This document shows, in pieces, positions 17,539 through 26,100 of a stretch of DNA of 64,000 bases. Source of the stretch: a virus (taxonomy: Duplodnaviria; Caudoviricetes); IMG/VR virus record IMGVR_UViG_3300020281_000001, positions 1,442 to 65,441 of that record, one strand, 5' to 3'. How positions within the stretch are numbered: the stretch's first letter is position 1; every line of letters begins with the position of its first letter. The notes under the pieces are model-generated. The model saw nothing but the letters and a program-made list of their open reading frames with translations, had not been told where the DNA came from and ran no database searches. The position numbers and the translations under genes were made by a program.

Positions 17539-18819
17539 ATGTCACAAAAAGAAGAAACAATGGTTGAAGAACCTGTAAAAGAAACTAAACAAGAACAAAT
17601 TGTAGATACTACACCTCCAAAAGAAGAAGGTAGTTTTAAAATAAAAAAAGTTGTTAAACCAAAACAATTAGGTGAAGAAAAAATAATCCCTGATTTAATA
17701 AAAGTAGATTTAACTAAAAAACCAAAAGAAGATGCCATTCCAGTCGGAGAAACAAAGAAGGTGGATGTGGGCGAACAAGCCGGAGATAGCTCTAAGGTGG
17801 ACGAACAAATACAAAGCACCAACGAAAATGTTACAGATAAAAAAGAATCTGAAGAAATAAAAGAAGAGTCTGATTCACCTTTACAATTAATAACAGATGA
17901 AGAAGATAACACTGACGAGACAAGAGTGGCAGGAAGCGATGAAACTACCACTACCTCACAGGAACAAGAAAAAGTATTACAGGAAACTGAAACACAAAAG
18001 TTACCTGAAAACATAGAAAAATTAATAAAATTCATGGAAGAAACAGGTGGTAATATACAAGATTACGCCCGTTTAAATGCTGATTATACAAATATAAATA
18101 ATGATGTATTACTTCATGAATATTATAAACAAGCTAAACCTCATTTAGATGCTGAAGAAAGAAACTTTATAATTGAAGATTCTTTTAGATTTGACGCTGA
18201 GGTGGATGATGAGCGAGATATAAAAAAGAAAAAACTTGCTTATAAAGAAGAGATAGCGAAAGCCAAAAACTATTTAGAGGGCCTAAAAACAAAGTATTAT
18301 GACGAAATCAAGTTGAGACCCGGCATAACACAGGACCAACAAAAAGCGACTGACTTTTTTAATCGCTATAATGAAGAACAAAAAGTACGTAAAGCTAGTC
18401 ATGAAAGGTTTGTATCTGAAACAAAAAACCTTCTCAACGAAGAATTCAAAGGTTTTGATTTTAAATTAGGAGATAAAAAATTCAGATATGGTATTAAAGA
18501 CCCTTCATCAGTGGCCAAAAGTCAAAGTGATATATCAACCTTTATTAAGACGTTCTTAAATGAAAAAGGTGATGTAACTGACGCAAAAGGATACCACAAA
18601 GCTTTATTTACCGCACGTAATGCTGATACTATTGCTAATCACTTTTATGAGCAAGGAAAAACCGATGCAATAAAAGAACAAATAGCTAAATCAAAAAATA
18701 TATCAACTGAACCTCGTAAAACAGCTTCAGGTGAATTATTTGTTAATGGTTTAAGAGTAAAAGCAATTAGTGGCGTTGATTCTTCAAAATTAAAAATAAA
18801 GAAAAGAACGTTTAATTAA
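17539..18819 (+). CDS. Capsid scaffolding protein
   Basis: Acidic disordered N-half and helical C-half, between portal and capsid; likely start MSQKEE at 17539. Confidence 0.75.
   Translation: MSQKEETMVEEPVKETKQEQIVDTTPPKEEGSFKIKKVVKPKQLGEEKIIPDLIKVDLTKKPKEDAIPVGETKKVDVGEQAGDSSKVDEQIQSTNENVTDKKESEEIKEESDSPLQLITDEEDNTDETRVAGSDETTTTSQEQEKVLQETETQKLPENIEKLIKFMEETGGNIQDYARLNADYTNINNDVLLHEYYKQAKPHLDAEERNFIIEDSFRFDAEVDDERDIKKKKLAYKEEIAKAKNYLEGLKTKYYDEIKLRPGITQDQQKATDFFNRYNEEQKVRKASHERFVSETKNLLNEEFKGFDFKLGDKKFRYGIKDPSSVAKSQSDISTFIKTFLNEKGDVTDAKGYHKALFTARNADTIANHFYEQGKTDAIKEQIAKSKNISTEPRKTASGELFVNGLRVKAISGVDSSKLKIKKRTFN
17732..17860 (+). CDS. Nested +1-frame 42-aa basic peptide in the scaffold gene
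   Basis: MPFQSEKQRRWMWANKPEIALRWTNKYKAPTKMLQIKKNLKK; local codon anomaly. Confidence 0.7.
   Translation: MPFQSEKQRRWMWANKPEIALRWTNKYKAPTKMLQIKKNLKK
17897..18016 (+). CDS. Nested +1-frame 39-aa ArfA-like basic peptide in the scaffold gene
   Basis: MKKITLTRQEWQEAMKLPLPHRNKKKYYRKLKHKSYLKT. Confidence 0.6.
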   Translation: MKKITLTRQEWQEAMKLPLPHRNKKKYYRKLKHKSYLKT

Positions 18820-18836
18820 AAATAAATAAATAAATT

Positions 18837-20285
18837 ATGGGAATTTTAACTCCACAATTTGGTTCAATAGTTCCTGCTCCTAATCAGCAGCTATTAGCCA
18901 GTAATTACTTATCTTTTACAGATGGTAATAATGATTTTGCGCAGCAATATCTACCTGAGATATATGAGCAAGAAGTAGAAAGATATGGAAATAGAACTCT
19001 TTCTGGTTTTTTACGTATGGTAGGTGCTGAAATGCCTATGACTTCAGATCAAGTTGTTTGGTCAGAACAAAATAGACTACATATTGCGTATGATAATTGT
19101 ACTCACAACGGAACAAGAAGAGTAACTGTTCCAGCTCCTACTTCTCCAGGTGTAACTAGAAATGTTATTTCACCCGGTTCAACAGTAGTTTTATTAGATG
19201 ATCAAGGTGCAGAGCTTAAAGGTGTTGTAACTGATTCAGATACTGCAAACGGTCACGTTGACGTAGCTCCTTACACAGCACAAACTTTAGCTAGCATTAA
19301 TGCAAATAAATTTAAAATATTTGTATATGGTTCAGAGTTTCTTAAAGGTGCATCTACATCTAATGCCGCTGCAGGTGCTATAACAGGTAATACTTCTGTT
19401 CAACCACAAATAACTGTAACTCCTGCTTTTCAACAATACAACAATTCACCTATCATAATTAGAAACGTTTATACAATAAACGGATCTGATATGGCTCAAA
19501 TAGGTTGGGTTGAAGTTGCTACAGAAGACGGAACTACAGGTTATTTATGGTATTTAAAAGCTGAGTCTGAAACAAGACTTAGATTTGAAGATTATTTAGA
19601 AATGGTATGTGTTGAAGGTGAAAAAGCTGTTAACATTGGAGCTGGTGATGCATTTGCTGCTGGTTTCAAAGGTACTGAAGGTCTTTTTGCTGCTATCTCT
19701 ACAAGAGGTAACGTAGAAGTAGGATTTTCTGCGGCTTCTGGTTTAGATGACTTTGATGCAATACTTAAAAACCTAGATACTCAAGGTGCTATTGAAGAAA
19801 ATATGTTATTCTTACAAAGATCTACAGCTTTAGATTTTGATAATATGTTATCTAATGTATCTTATGGTAGCAACGGTGGTACTGCTTATGGATTATTTGA
19901 AAACTCAGAAGAAATGGCTTTAAATCTTGGATTTAGTGGTTTCAGAAGAGGTTCATATGACTTCTACAAAACTGATTGGAAATACTTAAATGATGCTTCT
20001 ACAAGAGGTGCTATTGATGGTACTCAATCAATTGAAGGTGTATTAATCCCCGCTGGTACTTCAACTGTTTATGACCAAATTTTAGGTACCAACATTAGAA
20101 GACCATTCTTACACGTTAGATATAGAGCTTCTCAAACAGAAGACAGACGTATGAAGTCTTGGTTAACTGGATCAGCTGGAGGTGCTTACACTTCTAATCT
20201 TGATGCTATGGAAGTAAACTTCCTATCAGAAAGATGTTTAGTAACTCAAGCTGCAAATAACTTTGTATTATTCAAAGGTATTTAA
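18837..20285 (+). CDS. Major capsid protein
   Basis: 482 aa after the scaffold, strongly optimised codons, followed by a hairpin. Confidence 0.88.
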   Translation: MGILTPQFGSIVPAPNQQLLASNYLSFTDGNNDFAQQYLPEIYEQEVERYGNRTLSGFLRMVGAEMPMTSDQVVWSEQNRLHIAYDNCTHNGTRRVTVPAPTSPGVTRNVISPGSTVVLLDDQGAELKGVVTDSDTANGHVDVAPYTAQTLASINANKFKIFVYGSEFLKGASTSNAAAGAITGNTSVQPQITVTPAFQQYNNSPIIIRNVYTINGSDMAQIGWVEVATEDGTTGYLWYLKAESETRLRFEDYLEMVCVEGEKAVNIGAGDAFAAGFKGTEGLFAAISTRGNVEVGFSAASGLDDFDAILKNLDTQGAIEENMLFLQRSTALDFDNMLSNVSYGSNGGTAYGLFENSEEMALNLGFSGFRRGSYDFYKTDWKYLNDASTRGAIDGTQSIEGVLIPAGTSTVYDQILGTNIRRPFLHVRYRASQTEDRRMKSWLTGSAGGAYTSNLDAMEVNFLSERCLVTQAANNFVLFKGI

Positions 20286-20292
20286 TTTTTTA

Positions 20293-20331
20293 GTAAAGAA
20301 AGGAGCATCTTAATGGTGCTCCTGCCTTTAC
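20293..20331 (+). terminator. Stem-loop after the capsid gene (terminator or mRNA stabiliser)
   Basis: AGGAGCATC-TTAAT-GGTGCTCCT flanked by GTAAAG/CTTTAC; weak U-tract. Confidence 0.55.
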
Positions 20332-20356
20332 ATTAACTATTTAATTATATTATATC

Positions 20357-21127
20357 ATGAAAACAAAAATTGAAAAATCAGCTGTTAAAGATAGCTGGGA
20401 AGTAAAAGATAGAACATATGTTTTAACTGGACCTTATAGTCCTTTAACATACAAAATACCATCAAGACACACAACTAGGCATTCACTATTGTGGTATGAT
20501 GAAAAAAATAAAGAACAAAGAGAAATTAGATATGCAACTAATCAAAACTCTCCTTTTAAAGATGAACAAAAAGGAGAAGCAACATTAGGCCATATAATAT
20601 TTAGAGATGGTTCTTTATTTGTAAAAAAAGAAGATCAAGCTCTTCAAAAAATATTATCTTTATATCACCCTTTAAAAAATAAAAGATATAGAGAAGTTGA
20701 TGAAGTAATAGAAGCTGAAGATGATTTAATAGATCTTGAAATGGAAATAGATGCTTTAAATATGGCAAGAACAGTTGATATTGATCAAGCAGAAGCTATA
20801 TTAAGAGTAGAGGTTGGATCTAAGGTATCTGAAATGAGTTCTAAGGAAATTAAAAGAGATTTATTAGTGTTTGCTAAAAAGAACGCAAAGCTGTTTTTAG
20901 ATTTAGCTAACGATGATAATGTTCAATTAAGAAACTTTGCAATAAAAGCAACTGAAGCAGGTATAATAACCTTAAGTTCAGATCAAAAAACTTTCCACTG
21001 GGCATCTAATAATAAAAAATTAATGACCGTACCATTTGATGAACACCCATATTCAGCAATGGCACAATTTTTTAAGACAGATGAAGGACTTGATATATAC
21101 AAGTCTATAGAGAAAAAACTTTCTTAA
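20357..21127 (+). CDS. Hypothetical protein of the head module
   Basis: 256 aa between the capsid and tail adaptor genes. Confidence 0.75.
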   Translation: MKTKIEKSAVKDSWEVKDRTYVLTGPYSPLTYKIPSRHTTRHSLLWYDEKNKEQREIRYATNQNSPFKDEQKGEATLGHIIFRDGSLFVKKEDQALQKILSLYHPLKNKRYREVDEVIEAEDDLIDLEMEIDALNMARTVDIDQAEAILRVEVGSKVSEMSSKEIKRDLLVFAKKNAKLFLDLANDDNVQLRNFAIKATEAGIITLSSDQKTFHWASNNKKLMTVPFDEHPYSAMAQFFKTDEGLDIYKSIEKKLS

Positions 21128-21138
21128 TATGTAATACT

Positions 21139-21167
21139 AATAAGGGAGGTGTAACGCCTCCTTTATT
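21139..21167 (+). terminator. Intrinsic terminator-like hairpin
   Basis: AATAAGGGAGGTG-TAA-CGCCTCCTTTATT. Confidence 0.65.
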
Positions 21168-21183
21168 ATAATAAAAAATACAC

Positions 21184-21942
21184 ATGGCTATAAACGTAAA
21201 TACGGTATATCAAACTGTTTTACTTATACTAAATAAAGAACAAAGAGGTTATATAACACCAACTGAGTTTAATAGTTTAGGAACACAAGTACAACTAGAA
21301 ATATTTGAAAAATATTTTGAAGACATGAACCAGCAAATACGTGTTCCACAAACAGACACAGATTATGCTGATAGAGTAAAAAATTTAGATGAAAAAATAG
21401 CTATATTTAAAACATTTGGTAACGCTTCTTATGTTACCTCAGGTACACTTTCTTATTGGGTACCACCAACTTCAGACTCATATGGTAACACTGTAGATCT
21501 TTATAGATTAGGTACAGTTTTATATAATAATGAAACAGAAGTACAAAGATTAGATAGACAAGAGTTTTATCAAGTAGACAAGTCTTTGTTAACAAAACCT
21601 TCAACAACTTTTCCTGCATATTTATATGAAGATAATAAACTATATGTTAAACCAACAACTATAGTTACAGATGGTGATATACAGTTAGATTATATTAGAA
21701 AACCTAATAATCCAATATGGGGTTTTGATGTAGGTACTCTGGGTCAATATGTATATAATAACGCTGATTATAATCCAACAAACGCACCAACAGGTTCTCG
21801 TAATTTTGAGTTACATGAATCAGAACAAACTAATGTTATACTTCAAATTTTAAAATATGCTGGAGTTATAATAAGAGATCCACAAATAGTACAAGATGCT
21901 TCACAGCAAGTTGCTATAAATGAACAGAACGAAAAAATATAA
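21184..21942 (+). CDS. Head-tail adaptor / tail ring protein
   Basis: Gene position and LDYIRKPNNPIWG motif of podovirus-type tubular tail proteins. Confidence 0.65.
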   Translation: MAINVNTVYQTVLLILNKEQRGYITPTEFNSLGTQVQLEIFEKYFEDMNQQIRVPQTDTDYADRVKNLDEKIAIFKTFGNASYVTSGTLSYWVPPTSDSYGNTVDLYRLGTVLYNNETEVQRLDRQEFYQVDKSLLTKPSTTFPAYLYEDNKLYVKPTTIVTDGDIQLDYIRKPNNPIWGFDVGTLGQYVYNNADYNPTNAPTGSRNFELHESEQTNVILQILKYAGVIIRDPQIVQDASQQVAINEQNEKI

Positions 21943-21948
21943 TAAACT

Positions 21949-23172
21949 ATGTCACAACCAAACGGAGGTTTAATTACTGAGACAAACGCACAATATTATG
22001 CAGGAAGTCAAATTTTTATTGCTACTGAAAATCAAACTATTTTTAAAGCTACTTTTGATACAGATATAACATTTGGAAGTTCTGATCCTACAAAAGAAGC
22101 ATATAATGATAATAATTTTAGATTATATACAAGTTCAACAGGAGCAACAGGTACGTTTACAGAATATACAACAGATTATACAGTAGTAAATAATACATTT
22201 ACGTTACCAGCTCAAGCTGCTGGTACTTATGTAGTTATACAGCTTTTAACTCAAGGTGGTGGTAATTATGGTAACAAAGATGCTTTAGGTAAAGTTGTAC
22301 AAGAAAATTATAATAGTTATTCATACATAAGAGTTGCAGAGCTTGTAACAAATTTTTTAGTAGCTTATGTAGGGGCTGGTAAGCTTATACCTAGTGTTAA
22401 AAGAACAGATGTTATTTTTCACACTAAAAGAGCTTTACAAGAATTTAGCTATGATACTTTAAGAAGTATTAAATCTCAAGAACTTACTATACCAGATAGT
22501 TTAAGTGTTCCAATACCTCAAGACTACGTTAATTATGTTAATGTTTCTTGGATAGATGAAAACGGTTTAAAACACCCTATTTATCCTAATTCATTAACAA
22601 TTAATCCTTATAGTAAACCTATTCAAGATACTAATGGTGTTGCCACACAAGATAATGATGGTAGAAATTTAAGTGGTACTTCATTAACAGAAGAAAGATA
22701 CAGAGAACAAAATAATGAAATATTACAAGAAATAAGAGATGATATAACAGGTAGACTTATATCAGATGGTTTATATGGTTATTACGGATATGGTTTATAT
22801 GGTTATGGTCAAATGTATGGATTACAACCAGAAAGAGCTCAAATGAACGGTTGGTTTACTATTAATGATAGAGATGGTAAGTTTTCTTTTTCTAGTGATT
22901 TAAAAGAAAAATTAATTGTTTTAGAATATGTTTCAGATGGTCTTGCATATGATCAAGACATGCGAGTTCCAAAGCTAGCAGAAGAAGCTGTATACGCTTA
23001 TTTAAGTCACGCAATATTAGCAAGTAGAATAAATCAACCTGAATATATAATAAGAAGATTACAAAAAGAAAAAAGTGCAAAACTAAGAAACGCAAAAATA
23101 AGATTATCTAATATAAAATCTAATGAGTTTATTCAGATTATGAGAGGTAAATCTAAATGGCTTAAAAACTAA
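21949..23172 (+). CDS. Second tail ring/adaptor protein
   Basis: IPQDYVNYVNVS and IVLEYVSDG motifs; gene position. Confidence 0.6.
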   Translation: MSQPNGGLITETNAQYYAGSQIFIATENQTIFKATFDTDITFGSSDPTKEAYNDNNFRLYTSSTGATGTFTEYTTDYTVVNNTFTLPAQAAGTYVVIQLLTQGGGNYGNKDALGKVVQENYNSYSYIRVAELVTNFLVAYVGAGKLIPSVKRTDVIFHTKRALQEFSYDTLRSIKSQELTIPDSLSVPIPQDYVNYVNVSWIDENGLKHPIYPNSLTINPYSKPIQDTNGVATQDNDGRNLSGTSLTEERYREQNNEILQEIRDDITGRLISDGLYGYYGYGLYGYGQMYGLQPERAQMNGWFTINDRDGKFSFSSDLKEKLIVLEYVSDGLAYDQDMRVPKLAEEAVYAYLSHAILASRINQPEYIIRRLQKEKSAKLRNAKIRLSNIKSNEFIQIMRGKSKWLKN

Positions 23173-23177
23173 ATTAA

Positions 23178-26100
23178 ATGGCAGAAGTTAAAAATGCTTT
23201 TATTAAGTCCAAAATGAATAAAGACCTGGATGCCAGGCTTTTACCAAATGGTGAATATCGTGAAGGAGTTAATATACAAGTAAGTAAATCAGAAGGTGCC
23301 GACGTTGGAGCGTTAGAAAATGTATTAGGTAATATTGAAATACAAGATTATAGAACTTTAAGTGGTTGTAACTGTGACTTAGAAACAATTGGTTTTTATA
23401 CAGACGAAGTGAGTACGAACATATATATATTCCTAACTGACTATGATGAAACAGTAAACACAAATACATATACATATACACCACAATCACTTAATTATTC
23501 TACTACAGCTAATAATTATGTGTATGTTTATAACGTAGCTACAGGTGTTTCTACTAAATTATTAAGTGGTGCGTTTTTAAATTTTTCTAAAAACAAACCA
23601 ATTATAGGTGTTAACTTGTTAGAAAATATTTTATTTTGGACTGACAATAGAAATCAACCAAGAAGAATAGATGTAACTAAAGAAGCAGGATATTATACAA
23701 CAGAAGACCAAATATCTGTTGCAACGTATGCTCCTTTTCAACCTATAAATTTATATTACAAAAGAGAATCAGCATTTTTACCTAATGGAGGTTCAGCTAT
23801 CACAGATGGTATAACTTCTACAGGAAGTAGTACTATATTAATAACATCTGATAATCGTTTAGGTATTGCTGCTACATTAGGAACAGATCCTAAAACTTTA
23901 GTAGGAGCTACTATTACAGCTGTAGATGCAAACGGTGCAACTGTACCTGGTATACCAGCTAACTCAGTATTACAAAGTTTTGCTAATGGTAATCAAATGA
24001 CTATAATTGATGTTGCTAACATAGCGGCTGGTACACCTTTAGCAACTGTAACTCAAGATATACCTTCTGGTACTACTATATATTTTAATCAGAACACTCT
24101 TACCAATATATCTACACCTAACTATTATGTAACCAGCATGTTAGATGCTAGTAGTAAAATGAATCCAGGTGGAACATATAATGCAGATTATCCTGGTCTA
24201 ACAACAAATCCTAATTATAACCCTAAGTTTAATGGAGATCCTGATTTTTTAGAGGATAAATTTGTAAAGTTTAGTTATAGATTTAAATATGATACAGGTG
24301 AATATTCTATTATGGCACCATTTACGCAAGCTGCTTTTATACCTAAACAAGATGGTTATTTTTTAAATAATACAACTCCTACAGGTATGACTACTGATGA
24401 ACAATCTACGTTCAGAAGTACGGTAGTTGATTTTATGGAAAATAAAGTTAATAATATTATATTACAAATACCTACACCATTAGATGAAAACAATAATCAT
24501 ATACCTGCTAATGAGCTGTTTACAAAGTTAAAAATTGAAGAAATAGAAATACTATATAAAGAATCAGATGCTTTAGCTGTTCAAGTAGTAGATGCTATAT
24601 CCTGGGAAGGAACTGGTGGTTATGCAGAACTTGGTGGTGCTGGTAATGTAATACCTTTTAATTATCAAAGTACTAAACCTTATAAAACTTTACCTGAAAG
24701 CGAATTAATAAGAGTTTATGATAAAGCACCTGTTAGAGCTTTAGGACAAGAAATAATAAGTAATAGAGTTGTATATAGTAACTTTCAAAACAAACACACG
24801 CCGCCAGAAACTTTAAACTATAATGTAGCTGTATCAGAAAAATATACAAATTTTGTAACAGATGATCCTACTGTTCCGGCTCCTCTTTATAAAACATCAT
24901 CTAGAGAGTATCCAATGCACACTATTAAACAAAATAGAAACTATCAAGTTGGTGTTGTTTTATCTGATAAATATGGTAGATCATCTACTACAATATTATC
25001 ATCAGCAACAAGTCAAGGAACAGATGAAGATAATTTAACTTTATTAGGTGATACAATATATTTTCCTTATAATACCGTATCTAGTACTAATAATGCAGAT
25101 AATAATATAAACACATGGCCAGGAGATTCTATTAAAGTATTATTTAATGAGATCATACCTGAATTTCAAGCTAACACACAAAGCGGTTGGCCAGGTTTAT
25201 ATAATGGTGATCCTACAAGTGCAAGTTATAATCCTTTAGGTTGGTATAGTTATAAAATAGTGGTTAAACAAACAGAGCAAGATTATTATAATGTGTATCT
25301 TCCTGGTTTAATGAATTTTTATCCTCCTGTTACAGATGATCCAGATGTAGCTGGATCTGTGTCTTATATAACTTTATTAAATGATAATATAAATAAAGTA
25401 CCAAGAGATCTTACAGAAGTAGGTCCAGAACAAAAACAATTTAGAAGTTCTGTTCGTTTATTTGGTAGAGTAGCACCTTCTTCAATAGCTCAACCTTTAA
25501 ATAATTATCAATTTAACCCTATAAACACAGCTACAAATATTGCTTTACCTGATACAGTTGCTACAATTAGTGATCAAAATGATTTGTTTGATAATACTAC
25601 CAATATAAAGTTTGGATCTATATATCAAACAGCTTCTAACCCATCAATGGCTAGAGTATCTATAAATCAAGCTGTTGGATCTACAGTTCCTGCTTCAGGT
25701 ACAACAGCTGTTAATACTTGGTTAAGTATATATGAAACAATACCTACTGAATCAAGATTAGATATATATTGGGAAACATCTACAACAGGTACAATAGCCG
25801 AGCTAAATGAAGCTATACAAACAACAGCAGGTATAAAAGGATTTACAACAGATACAAGTAGTAATCCACCATCTAGCTGGACATTTAATTTATTTGAAGA
25901 TATAGCTCCTGGTCAATCTCCTAATGTGGTTTATAGTGGAAGTTATGCTACAGCTGTGGCTAAACCATTTTTCCCTTATACTGAAGATGCTGCAGGATTA
26001 AAAACAGTAGTACAAAACAGTAATATAGCTGGAGCAGTTGCTACATCTGGAACTGCTATGCCAACAACACAACAACCTGGTTTTCAAGTTGTTAATAACA

